Source: Octopus sinensis
Lineage: Eukaryota
Assembly: GCF_006345805.1 (NCBI RefSeq)
Contig: NC_043011.1
Coordinates: 55,502,464-55,566,463 of the forward strand
Direction: 5' to 3'
DNA length: 64,000 nucleotides
Shown: positions 50,975 to 64,000 of the stretch, piece after piece
Position numbering within the stretch: position 1 is the stretch's first letter
Layout of the letters: every line of letters begins with the position of its first letter
Position numbers and translations under genes: made by a program
Notes under the pieces: model-generated
What the model saw: only the letters and a program-made list of their open reading frames with translations
Told to the model about the DNA's origin: nothing
Databases searched by the model: none

Positions 50975-51290
50975 CATCATCATCGTCCATTTTCCATGCT
51001 AGCATGGGTTGGATGGTTCGACCGGGGTCTGGGAAGCCAGGAGGCTGCACCAGGCCCAGTCTGATCTGGCAGAGTTTCTACAGCTGGATGCCCTTCCTAA
51101 CGCCAACCACTCCATGAGTATAGTGGGTGCTTTTTACGTGCCAGGCGAGGCTGGCAACGGCCATGATTGGTTGGTGCCTTTTACGTGCCACCGACATGGA
51201 AGACAATCAAGCACAAGGTCGAAACGGTGTTTCTTTACTTGCCACCTGCACAGAGTCAGTCCAGCGGCACTGGCAACTGCTGGGTGCCAG
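50975..51290 (-). mobile_element. Retroposon family 2, copy
   Basis: Same consensus. Confidence 0.85.
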
Positions 51291-52700
51291 TCATAGGATT
51301 GGTTCGATTCCGATTCTTCAAGAAGACTATTAACTGCATTGACTTCACTAGTCTTGGAGGGCCTGCTCAAGCCATGATCAAAGCCTTGGCTCCCAGAACA
51401 ATCAATACAAAAAAAAATTTGTTACATTGAATACAGAAGAGACAATGCTGCCTTTGACGGGACTCAACCAAGCAAAGCTACTCCACTTTCTACAGCTGAA
51501 CAGTGATTATGTCACAATGATTATAAAAAGTACAGCTCAATATATTGGTATGGTCAAGGAAAAGACAAGTTACACCAGTAATCGGTCTGAGACAAATATG
51601 TTGATTAGACGGTCCGTTAAAGCTGGGGAAAGATTTTGATTACAGCCTGCTGCATGTTATGGTTGATGAACTACATTTTATCCGTATCAATCCAATATAT
51701 ACGTATCTCAATATTACTCGATAAGTCTCACTAAAACACAAGGAAATTCCATAACAATGCTTCTTCAAAAATACAAACTCAACTGTATGCATTTGTTTCA
51801 CCTGAGTTGCTCATCATTTCTAAGAACAATTACAATTTGTACCCGAGTTTTAGTGATTTATTCTTATTTGAGTAATTCTGAAACTAATTGGATAGTGCAT
51901 CCAAATATATATAATGCAGGTGTTTAACTGGGGAAAAATATGACCATCTTCAACAACACACACACATGCAGGTAACTTGATTGTCTTTCTGAATGGTAAG
52001 TCTAATGAAAAATTACCTTCAACCTTATTTTTAGTAGTGTGGCCCACCTGATGATGAGCAAGGTTTCATGTGGCCTGCTTCTTAAAAAAGGTTGTCTATG
52101 CCTGATATATATGTATATTACTGGATTTAGCCATTGGATTACATCCAGGATAGATTATACTTCTCAAGGGTTCGGTCATTTACATTAATCCCAGAATTTA
52201 CTTCTTCCTTCTTTACTTTTATTGATCAATATTTGTTAAATTACTAAGTTTTGCAAGATACTAGTTTATACATAATCAGACATTTTAACAAAGAATTATG
52301 CATATGTGTGTATAAATCTGTGCATTTGTGAAAGAGAGAGAGTTTATCTCTTTTCTCTTTATTCAGAGAAAAAAGTCTGATAAACCCTCTTACTGTATCA
52401 CATGAAACATTGCCCAGTGCCTCTCCATCAGTATGTGTATTCCTCTATGCATGCATGCATGTGCGCACACACGCTCTGTTATTAAAGCTGACAGCTATTC
52501 CATGAATTCAAGATTTCTGAGAGGCATATCAATGAAGAACCTTACATGTGTGTATCTCCCTGTATATTCATGGTAGTGTCTGTGTATCTTAGTGTATGTA
52601 ACAGTATGTTTCTATTGTATGACTGTGCGTGGATGTAGAGTGAGAAACTGAAGGTTGATAACTTTCTCATCAATAAACAATGTCAACCTATGTGACACAC

Positions 52701-52748
<48 letters not shown>

Positions 52749-53856
52749 ATGGATGCATAAACCAAAAGTCATCAGAAAATTCTCAGTCAACTTTTTCTTA
52801 ATAAGAAGACTGATTAAAGATATCAGATAAAAACTAACTTTTGAACAAAACAAGTAGCTGCATTAATTAGGCTGGCTCAATCAGAACTAACTTGGGGTTA
52901 AACGACAACTAAAATAAACTACTGAACTACGAGCCACGGTCTGCAATTAGCAGCTTTGGTGTCTAATAACATATATTTAATGAGTTAGGATGGCCACACC
53001 AAGAGGATTGAAATGTTAAAGTGCTTCACCTAATAAACAGTTATAAATAGGTGCAATGAGGAAGCAGAACAAAATTTTGAGAATGTTTAGAATGTTCCAT
53101 TAGTTTAGTGCTGAGATCAAATCCTCACCCTCTCACCAATTGACACTAACCATATTATTATTAGTACAAGAGAAGAAAACCAGGTTCCCAGTGGGCCGAA
53201 AACTGCAACTCAGTTTTAAAGTTTTAGAAAAGAAAATATAAAAAAAACAATGCAAAGGTCTCTTACTAAGAAATTGTCGGATATAAGAGATTGCAATGTC
53301 CGCAACCAGATAAACTAAATTGATAAAGCATTTGCACCCCAACAACATTAACTTCTACCGTCACCTGTTTACTCTCTCACCCCTCACACTCTGATGAAAA
53401 TATCCATTCTCATCCCCTCTCATGACCTACTCTTCTCATCCTCTCTTATGCTTGCCTTCTTGTTCATTGAGTTTGCTCAAGCACCCCATCACTACCTTCC
53501 TCTTATCCCCTTCAGTCATATAGTTCCTTTATAGCAAGACACCTGTGCTTGTCTCTCATATTCCAACACCTGGCAAAACCCCACCCATCTCCATCTTTCC
53601 CTTCCAAATACTTCCTCTTAGTAGTGGGAGCTTTTTTCCCTTTTATTTTGTCTGGCAAGTTACATGGCAACCTCACTAGTGCTGATGGCAAGAAAAAAAG
53701 CACCCAGCGCACTCTGTAAAGTGGTTGGCATGTAACCATAGAAACCATACCAAAACTGAGACACTGAAGCTTGATGCAGCTCTGTAGCTCACTGGTTCCA
53801 TGTCAGACCATCCAACCCATGCCAGCATGGAAAGTGGGCATCAAATGATGATAAAA

Positions 53857-54120
53857 GCATCATCATCATTGTTTAACGTCCGCTTTCCATGCTAGCATGG
53901 GTTGGACGATTTTGACTGAGGGCTGGCGAACCAGATGGCTGCACCAGGCTCCAATCTTGATCTGGCAGAGTTTCTACAGCTGGATGCCCTTCCTAACGCC
54001 AACCACTCTGAGAGTGTAGTGGGTGCTTTTTACGTGCCACCAGCAAGGAGGCCAGTCAGGCGGTACTGGCAATGACCTCGTTCGAATCTTTTTACACATG
54101 CCATCAGCACAGGTGCCAGT
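53857..54120 (-). mobile_element. Retroposon family 2, copy abutting an older opposite-strand copy (about 53670-53850)
   Basis: Same consensus; left neighbour is its diverged reverse complement. Confidence 0.85.
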
Positions 54121-54911
54121 AAGGCAAAATGTTTGTTTGAATTGTGCAATTACAATAGGCACAGCTCAAGTAAATTAAAGGCTGTATAATTTGCTCCTTA
54201 CATTTATCATCAACAGCTGAGTAAATCTTGGAAATTAATGACAAGTTTACCAGATTATATTTATTAGAATATAGTTGGAGCTAGAATATAGTTGAGCAAT
54301 ATGGCAAAACAGCAGAAAGTTTCAGATTATCTTTGTATGATGAGAAATAATCCATCATTGCATCACTTATACACTATATATACATATATTATTGCAGCAA
54401 TAAAACCTTGTTATTGTTTAGTCACAAGACTAATGACTGAGCTGACATATGATTAAAAAGTATTCTAGTCATGGCTTTGCCATTTTTTTTTTTTTTTTTG
54501 GCTTAGTACACCATGAACTGAATTATTCAATTCTTTTTTTTTTTAAGGTGGATCATTCAATTCTATGGAGATTTGGCTGTAATTTCTTGCAGGTCCAACA
54601 AAGAGGACCCCTCAGCTAAAATAAATAATCTTAATTCATGGCACCAACTTAACATCCACGTAAAAGAGAGATTTCTTACACTGAACATAGAATACAGTTT
54701 TATGTCAAAGTATCAGTCTTTTGTATACAATTTTTGTTCTAAGTGTTAATAAATTAAGAAAAATAAATAAATGGGGACCAATTTTCTTCATTTAAATTTA
54801 ATCACAAAATGATAAATCCCAAGTGTATGAAGAAGCCCCACCCAGCAAGGATCTAAAGAAAAGATGTGCAGTGAAATGCAACCAAATGAATTTCACCAAT
54901 AAGCAACTCAC

Positions 54912-55040
54912 CTAAAAATTATACTATCCAAATCAAAAGGATATTCTATAATACCAGTTGTCGGTACTCGCACTCGAAGAATATCTTGTAATGTTGGGAT
55001 ATACCCAGGTTCATGGATACGATCAATATCATCTAGGTAA
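54912..55040 (-). CDS. GNAQ: G-protein alpha-q, exon 4 (129 nt, switch I)
   Basis: tttccag|T TAC...TTT AG|gtgagt. Translates [42 protein letters not shown](R), including the RVPTTG switch I motif. Phase 2 at both ends matches its neighbours. Confidence 0.96.
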
Positions 55041-55295
55041 CTGGAAAGAAAGAAACATTAGGAATGGTTTGAAAATAAATCAATAAAATTTTAAGGCTGG
55101 TTTCACATGAATTTACATAAAATGAATAAACTCACTTTTTTTTAATTTTCAAATGTAGTTAATATCCAATGGGTATGCAAATTAAAACATTTGATACAAT
55201 ATTATTATTATTAGGTCAAATAAGCATCATTTTCCAACTAAATAGATTAAGATAAATTTAAATTTTGCATTGTTTTGGGGTTAGATTTTTTTTAA

Positions 55296-55515
55296 CCCTT
55301 TAGTGTTTAAACCGGCTATATCCGGCCCAAATATTCTACTCATTTTATGCTCAAACTGGCCGGAACCAGTATCTCACACCTACCCTGCAATGTCATTCTA
55401 AAAATAAACAATTACATCTTTCAAATCTTGAAGCTACAAGATAATACCAGATTAATTTTTTTAAATGTAAAAGAATAACGATTACTTCTGACATATTAAT
55501 TTGAACACTAATGGG
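55296..55515. mobile_element. piggyBac-type MITE, second family
   Basis: TTAA|CCCTTTAGTGTT...AACACTAATGGG|TTAA (11/12 TIR match). Confidence 0.75.
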
Positions 55516-56296
55516 TTAAAGAGTTCTAGAATCCTTAACATTTGGATAAATATCAATTGCAATGTTTATTAGAGAGAGAGAGAGAGTGAGAGAGGGAGGG
55601 AGACAGTCAAATGAAATTTCTTTGTTCAAATATGGTAAAATGTAAGTTTAAAATTTTATAGTAAGTAAATCATGAAAAACTTCTTTTCTTCCATGATAAT
55701 TTTCTCAGCTGTGCTTTGTGATTAATGGACACTGGTTAATCTCATACAGGAATCTGAGTTTAATCCAAAGAAAACTCAAGAGAATAGTGAGATTTTTTAA
55801 TGACTAGCATGAAAAATAGAAGATGTAGGCTTAGAAACTTTCAAAGAGCTTATCCTCATTTTGGGCCATGAATGTGGGAAAACGACAAAGAATACAAGCA
55901 AACAAAATGGGGTTCCCCTGGAGTAACCCTACATGACAGGGTGAACTGCTCAGAAATCAGGGAGACTGTGTGGAACCATTACTTCTCTGCATTGAGACAT
56001 GATTAGAATGTCAGAGGAAAGAAATGCAAGGTGAATTCTTCATGCCAAGTCAACAGGCAGAGGAGATCTTGGGAGTAGGCCAAGAACAAAATGGGTGGAA
56101 TAATAGCCATAGTCTCAGTTGGTCCAAGTTGGGAATCCAGCTGGAAAATCTAATGCTATGACTTCATGAAGGAGGTACCTGAGGGCTCTACTCCAACAAC
56201 CTTCCCAAGAATAATTATTGAAGATGGATGGATGGACAGATGGAGATATACAGGGTGGTAAAACAGTCATGCACCAGTAAAATACCAATCCCATAA

Positions 56297-56575
56297 CATC
56301 ATCATCATCATCGTTTAACATCTGTTTTCCATGCTAGCATGGGTTGGAAGGTTCGACTGGGGTCTGGGAAGCCAGGAGGCTGTACCAAGCTCCAGTCTGA
56401 TCTGGCAGTGTTTCTACAGCTGGATGCCCTTCCTAATACCAACCACTCCGTGAGTGTAGTGGGTGCTTTTTACGTGCCAGGTGGGCTGGTAACAGCCACG
56501 ATCAGTTGGTGCTTTTTACGTGCCAGGGGAGGCTGGCAACGGCCACGATTGGTTGGTGCTTTTTACGTGCCACCG
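56297..56575 (-). mobile_element. Retroposon family 2, copy
   Basis: Same consensus. Confidence 0.85.
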
Positions 56576-57202
56576 TTTCTAAGTAAATGTGATAAAAATA
56601 CACAGGTTGGTGACCAGAGAGTTTAAACCTGAATCAAGCTCTTATGAAACAGAATGGTCTTGGAAAATAGAAATTCCAACAGTTGGTAAAATGAATTAAT
56701 TTTAGAAACATAATTAAAAAAATAAATAAATAAATGAAAGACATGGAGAAAACTCAGAAACCAACATTTTTGTGCTAGAAGAACAAAACAAAACAATAAG
56801 ACAAAGTTATTTGGTCTTAAACAAATAAACAAGTATAACAAATATTATGAAATGACAAGTTGTTTCAAGTGTTGATAAAAGGTACAAACAATAGTATTCC
56901 TGTATTGGTATTGATTACAATGTAGCAAATATGCCTGTACACGACAATGTAAGATTGAAATGCTTGAGTGGATGTGTTATTAAAGAAGGCATATCGTCTA
57001 CTTAACTTCATAGCACAAGAGTGAACCGGAGGCTCTTATAAAGCTGCTGTGCTTTAGGATACATTCACATACAATCTGTGCAGACAAACAGTGTCAACTT
57101 GCACATAAATATTCATATTCATAGTTAAGATATATGAGTGAACAGCACAAAGGAAGAATGTTGCATCCCCAATCAAGATGCTTTAAATTTTCATCCAGTT
57201 GA

Positions 57203-57580
57203 TGCAAGTGTGGCTGTGTAGTTGAGAAACTTACTTCCCAACCATGTGGTTTCTGGTTCAGTTCCACTGTGCAGCACCTAAGGGAAGTATCTTCTACTAC
57301 TATAGCCCCAGGCCAACCAAAGCCTTGTGAGTGGCTATGGTAGGTGAAAACTGAAGGAAGCCTGTTTGAGTGTACTTCATTTAGACATCATGTAATCATT
57401 GTAAATGAGCATCACCATCAGACAAGTGGGGTTGTTAGTTTTCAGTCTTCCACGGAAAGCATGTCTTGCTTGGAAAGAGTTGAGGGTTGGCAACATGGAC
57501 AGTATCTCATCATAGAAATCTGCTTCAACAAATTCTGTCCAAGTCATGCAAGCATGGAAAACTGGATGTCAAATGATGAT
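57203..57580 (+). mobile_element. Diverged SINE with family-1 head and gcatggaaa..aaatgatgat tail
   Basis: Head aligns with 32990-33140; tail is the reverse complement of the start of the family-2 copies. Confidence 0.65.
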
Positions 57581-58295
57581 AATTCCTCAATTTACTCAGC
57601 AGTAAAATAAAGGAACATTAAAAGACTTCTCTCAAATATCCAATCTTGTAAATGTGTAGAACTCAGAGATTTTTTCTTCCCATGCTGCTCTGTCTAAAGC
57701 AGTGTAAATGCTTAGAATAATTGCTATGCTTCCCATGAAAGTAAAGTTGACTGAATCAATAAGAAACTCGACAACCAGCAAGTTCAGTTGTTTGTCCCCT
57801 ATCATCAGATTTGAATTCTGTCTCCAATACCAAACACGCTTAACTATCCAACAGTCAAATCTATGAGCTGTATCTAATTACTATACAGTCTACTAACTAT
57901 AACTAATTACTGTACAGTACGAACAACTCACTGTTGAAAATTGTAACACTGCCAGAAAATCAATGACTGTTTTGTTTGTTCAACTCTTATTGTTGCTACA
58001 ACTAGAAAGAGAAGGGCTTAACTTTAACAAGGATTTTGACATAGAAAGTGAAGTCTTCCATCAGAATACTATGCCTCAATGGTACCATCATTATCATCAT
58101 TTAACATTCCTTTCCCATTCTAAGTCTATGGTAAAACAGTAAATGTAATCGATAAAGCAAAACCAAGAGAAAAATTTTCCAGTTAAAATTCACTAAACAA
58201 CAAAGCTTTGTAGGATAAAACACTAAAATGATTTCAAAATAAAATACATTCAAATAATAAAATGCTAAAATAATAATAAAACCAAAATTCCTTAC

Positions 58296-58450
58296 TATTT
58301 AGCTGAATCTGTGAGTTGGTATTCTCTTCGTCTATCGTAACACTCCTGCATTCCTTCATCTGTCCAGAGAGACTTTATTGCATCAACATGTGACTGGTCA
58401 AAAGTATCAGCTGAATCGGCATCTATAGAATTTATGAATTCAGCATTTTC
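58296..58450 (-). CDS. GNAQ: G-protein alpha-q, exon 3 (155 nt)
   Basis: ttttccag|GAA...GCT AAA TA|gtaag. Translates [51 protein letters not shown](Y); [17 protein letters not shown] is the Gq helical-domain signature. Too short for the ORF track. Confidence 0.95.
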
Positions 58451-59905
58451 CTGGAAAAGTAATGAAATATCTTAGAATCCAAGAAAGCAAAATATACTAT
58501 CTGAAACAATGAAACAGCAACAACAACAACAAAAAAAGTCTTTGATGATACCAAAACTTCTTTACAAGAAATGTCTTTAAAATATGAAGCTGAAAAATTA
58601 TTTTAGAAAGTATAATTAGGAAAACCGAGTTCCTAACACTTAGGGCAAATAAAAAGGGAATTTCCAAATTCCAAAAATTCTATGAATTTTAAAAATCTTG
58701 GAGTAGATTAAAGAGTAATAAAAGTATTGTTTAATATGTGTTGCATCTATAATCCTTTCCTATTTTAAGTAATTATGTAATTAGTATAGGAAATAAAGTG
58801 ATTGACAATTACATGTGTGTTTACAGTAATTAATTCTGAAATAATCTTAATATCCAAAGATTATTTGCAGAAAACGGCAAAGTGAAAGTATCACTAAGCA
58901 AGGAGTGTGGGGATTTTCACAGGAGATAAAAATCGATTTGACACAGGTAGTGATAAATATATTTGAATAGCATAAAACAAATACAATCTTGATATAAAGA
59001 AAAGATATCTGGTTTGTAAACTTTGTCCAAACAGTAGGCTGAAAGCAAGATGACTATGAAACAGCAGTGTATCAACTGTATCAGTAAATTATAATGATTT
59101 ATGTGACATCAATCATGAAACTGCTTGATAGCTAGCTCAATGATCACAAACTATAGTCTCTTTCTGGTAGCAAGATTTTATATCAGCTCTTAAGGACATA
59201 GAGGAAAATATAACATCGAGAAACCTGTTCAATCATGCTAATAAGGACAAATTTCTTTTAAACCCATGTCAATGTGCAGAATATTTAATAAAACAACATT
59301 ATAGTAATAGCTAATGTAAATAAAACAATGTCTGATAACTTGGAGAATATCAGATTTTAAAAAAGCACCAAAAAAAAAATCAGAAATATTGTAAAGAAAA
59401 GAATCAGTTTCATTGTGGAATGTCAGAATTGGAAGAGAACTAGAACAAAAAATGTCCTGTGACATTTGTTCTGGCTCTTTATATTCTCAGTTAAACTTTG
59501 CCTTTCATCTTTTCCCCATTTAATGTAATCAACAACACCACACCGATCCCCACCCTCATTACTGGTCTTGTGTCAAAATTAGAAACAAACAAAATCACAT
59601 CTGAAGCCGTTAGTGAATACTTTCAAAGCTACTTTTGAGCAGAACGTTTTTGAAATTCAAAATTTCATGTTGAAACTATTGTCGGTGCCAGTTTAGATGA
59701 TTAGACAACAGCAAGGAATGCTTTACAATTTGTATGATTAAAAGTAGTCAAGTAGGAATGGACAGTATTCTTTAACCCTTTTGATACTAAACTTCTTGAA
59801 ACTGTCTCTGATTTGAATGATACAAACTCCCGGTTTTAAAATTATCTTGGATTAAAATCTGCCAAAAGAATTTCATACTAATTTGTGTTCCAAATATCAG
59901 TTAAA

Positions 59906-60125
59906 CCCTTTTGTTACCAACCCGGCTGAAACTGGCTCTGGCTCTTTAGTACAAATGTCTTGTTTTCATAAGTTTTTAATTCAAATCTTCCACAAACCGT
60001 AGTCACAATTTATGTTCCTAACACTAGCTTAATGATAATGAAGTTAATTCACTAAATTCTTTGTTATATTTAAAATAATTGAAAGAAACACAGAGCATCT
60101 CAAAATAAATACAGTAACGAAAGGG
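59906..60125 (-). mobile_element. piggyBac-type MITE, inverted copy of 45973-46192
   Basis: Reverse complement aligns along the full length; GGG|TTAA right end. Confidence 0.8.
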
Positions 60126-60621
60126 TTAATAACGACAAAGTTATTTTCCTAAATTCCTTATCTATTTTCAAAATTAATTGAAACAAAGACTAAGAATTTC
60201 AACAAAAATACAGCGATAAAAAGATACAAAACAACAATATACCTCAATTACAAATGATTTAATAAGTTGAAAAGACATTTATGAAATAAAATTACTTTCC
60301 AGAAACCGTCCAATTGTTGCTGATATGAGAAAATGGTTTGCTGAATGAAGGTAAAAGAAACTCATTTACCAAGATAACAGGTAAAATTTATTGAAAAAAA
60401 ATCAAAATATTGAGAATAGTTGTGAATGATTTTGGAAAGAGCATAGTTAAGGGTAGTGCTAATATTTGTATAACAGAGTCCTGTTTAGACAAAATACTGT
60501 CCATTTAGTGACCAATAATAATTTCTTCTGATGTAACAATGAAACCAAAATTTACTGCAGAAACACATTTAGGGTTGAGAGTAATTGCTTTACATCCCTC
60601 ACCACCTGCCTCCTCCTCTTT

Positions 60622-60762
60622 CATCATCATCATCGTTTAACGTCCGTTTTCCATGCTAGCATGGGTTGGACGGTTCGACCGGGGTCTGGGAAGCCAGAAG
60701 GCTGCACCAGGCTCCAGACTGATCTGGCAGTGTTGCTACAGCTGGGTGTCCTTCCCAACGCC
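60622..60762 (-). mobile_element. Retroposon family 2, short copy
   Basis: Same consensus, truncated. Confidence 0.8.
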
Positions 60763-63700
60763 TCTTTATTAACAATATATTAAACTTTACGCTCATCTAA
60801 TCTTTAATGTGTCAAGATGTTGGGCAAATTTAAGTTTAAACCATTTTAATTTGTATTAAACATGGCAATTTGTTTATCCTTTTGTTTGTTTGTTTTTTTT
60901 AAATCCACACAGCTACCTCTGCTTCCTGTGAGAAACACTGATCTTATGCAACAAGACTGATTTATTGATTCTACAAAAATTTTTGTTCTTAAAAAAGGAA
61001 GTCAATGGTCTAAATAGCAGTCAATTTATATATCACTTCTTGAAGTTTGTTAATAGGTTTAGTAAAAAAAAAAGAAACTATGGAAAGTTTAATCCCAAAT
61101 AATAGATATTATCAGGCAAAAATAGGGAATTTAATTCCAAAGCAATGATTACTAGATGCCGTATCAACTAACTAAAACCTGCCAGGAACAGATTAGAAGT
61201 AACACGAACAGAGAATGTAACTGGTTTATAACATAGAAATATAATAAAGAACCTTTGGAGGAAAAAAAAAAAACCTTTAGCAATCCATTTTTTTTTTGAT
61301 AGTGGAGAGTGTTAACGCTTCATTAAATTTCAATATTTCTAAAATGAAACAATTTCACCTCCACATATAAAACTGGTCAAGAGAGAAAGAGAAAAATTCG
61401 TGGAAAAGGAGTGGAATTTATTAACGTTTGTCATTCATAACTTTTGTATTCAGAGATGCTCTGGTTTGATTAATAATTCTAGTGGCGCTGGGAGAATGAA
61501 AACACTGTTGGACTATTGTCAACTAGAGTGCAAACAAGCACATAATTCTAGTATATATTGAACTCACTCATGCATGCGTTCTGTGTGCATGTATTTACAC
61601 TATATAATGAGGCAGGGAGGCAGGTAGAGAGAGAAGAAAAAATACAAAAGTGGATATGAAGGGGAAAGAAGGGTGGGAGTTACAACAGTTTGTAAATATT
61701 TGGCATTACCACAATACAATGTTAGCTGTTGCTTTAAAATGAATGTTGTAACAACAGAGAAACAATGGAACCGGAGGAGGAGAAAGAAGGGTAAGTGAGG
61801 TTAATTTTACGGTCAACAATTAGATTTCTTTCTGCATATTTAAAGAAATAATTGACTGCCACGATTGTTCTACAGTTAGAGACTAATTATTTAAGAATAA
61901 CATTTCAATCTAATACATCAAATAATTCTGTAAGTAAATTCCACCAAAGATGGTTTCTTTGCTCATCATAGCTGTAAATCCTTTACGTTTGCACTTCATA
62001 ACCACAGAGTCCCAACTACATGGAATCTTGGGCAAGTTTTTTCTATTATGGCCCTGAATTGACTAAAGGCATATGTATAAAATTTGGTAGGTGGCAGCCT
62101 GTAGAAGAGGCCAACAGTGTAGACGGTCAAGACTCAAAAATGTAGATGGTCTAATGGACATCCAGATGAGTTTGACAGTTTGTGTACAACATTTTATCTA
62201 TAAAATAGCAACCCACTGAGTCATGAACGAAAACTAATTTCAACTGTTCCATATATCTAGAACTGCATTATCCAATATCTTTTTTAAGATAGCGTATAAT
62301 ATGAGGGAGATTTAGGTGATATTTTCAGCAGGTTGAGCAACAACATAGAATCTCTTGGGCAAGTAAGTTACAAGAGTGTACAAAAGGAGAATTAAAAGAA
62401 AATCCTAATACAGTTAATTATTGTTTATTAAACATCAACATAGTTGTGTTCTGAGTTTCAAACCAGTTCTCTAAAGTGTTGAGAATGCCTTGTGGATGTG
62501 GATATTCCACAAGGCCACTTAAAGTCAGATTTCACCTGGCAATTCCACCCATTCATTTATGTAACTAAAAATTCATTAGGAGCAAATAATGAAAAATGCT
62601 GTTGAGTTATTGTGAGCTGGTATTTTGGGAGACACTATAATATTTATGTTAAATACAAGAATTCAAAAAGCATGTTCAAATGCGTTACTAATGTACTTGA
62701 AATCAAGGCAAAGATCAAAACCTAATTACAAGAAAGCTCATTCAGATGAATGATGGCATCTTTCGCTCAGTTTCTCTTTTTCTCTCCATCTATCACCATT
62801 GTTGTAATATTTGCCTTTTTCACATTGCCTTGACATACAACAATCTTTTGTCAATCTTGTCTCATTTCATTTGTGAAACAACATTCTTCTGTCACAACAT
62901 CACATCCTCCAGAAGTTCCTTTCCTTTCCGTATGGGTTTCTTCTGCAACACACACACACACATCTCCTACATATAACATTGGAGACCTTCAATGTTCAGT
63001 AGGTTTTATAGGTGGCATCAACTACATAATACTGCATTCCTTACAAATTCTTTACATATTGAGCAAGGCCTCTTCCCAGATGTTACCAAGATCTTTTTGC
63101 TCTGTTGCTAACTAGAACTTTGGTATGAATTTTAAAGCATACTATTTATTGTAGCCCAAGAGTTTGCAATAAGAACCAGACTCCACCAGCATAGACAAAT
63201 TTGTAAGGTCATGCAGTCTTCCACTCCAGATGCTATAACTTCAAGACAACACAAACAAATACCTACTTGTGCACTAAATTCTTTCACTGCAATCATTGAT
63301 TTAGACAACAAGGGTGACTAAGTGGTCATGCAGACTTCACTTGAAAAGCAAGGATATATGACTAATACAATCTGAGATACAATATGCTTGACTAAAAGAC
63401 AGGGTGGTCATGACTGGAAGATCATTACAGGTTCCCCTAGAGAATATCTAGAGTTAAATAGAATCTGGAAAAGCTACAGTTGTTCTTTGTATCAAAATTT
63501 TATCCATGTCAATGAAGGTAAAGTTATATGTTCTTAAGAATTTCTTATAAATATGGTATCTATAGTTCCATCTCCTGCTTCAGATCTAAATGTCATTTTG
63601 CCCATTTTGATTTGCATCAATTTTGCTATGTTTAGTAATTCTACCCATTTATTTGAGATCTCTGGAAGCAATTCATAATGACACATCCTTGCATACAATG

Positions 63701-64000
63701 TGAGAATCTGAATGTAACTTAACCCACTAGAAACAGCAACCAAATTTACCAAACCATATCCTAGCATCTTAAAAAGTAGCCCAGACCACACTTTGGAGAC
63801 AAGATAGTCATGGGTGGAAAGCTTTTGATTTTAGCCCTGTTCAATCAAGGCAGGCCTGGAGCTAAACAAGAACTTGATTAACTAAAGTAACAACTAATAT
63901 CAACAGAACCGGATGCTTTTAGCATTTTAACAACTCTACCTGAGTGGGCCACACTTCTTTATTTTAGATTTCAATTTTCCTATATTAACCTCTTCAGTTA

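Overview
AT-rich eukaryotic genomic DNA packed with microsatellites, SINEs and LINE fragments. The repeat families and the Gq protein point to an octopod cephalopod (Octopus); this is an inference. The right half (about 31.9-58.5 kb, minus strand) carries exons 3-7 of a G-protein alpha-q gene, with exons 1-2 beyond the right edge. All listed splice sites are GT-AG and the phases are consistent. The penultimate exon is present as two tandem 108-nt copies only 56 nt apart. One is nearly identical to the ubiquitous/vertebrate Gq sequence, and the other resembles squid retinal Gq as I recall it, so they look mutually exclusive. The left part holds a roughly 3 kb decayed endogenous parvovirus-like element (14.6-17.5 kb). 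It has a frameshifted ~600-codon capsid gene with a VP1-unique PLA2 motif and jelly-roll signatures. It is fused to the 3' end of a CR1/L2-type LINE, and the virus-LINE junction occurs twice. Also present: an R4/Dong-type LINE fragment, a deleted mariner, a non-autonomous Helitron nested in another repeat, piggyBac-type MITEs, a 45/90-bp minisatellite and a candidate two-exon small secreted peptide gene. All alignments were made by eye; no database searches were run.
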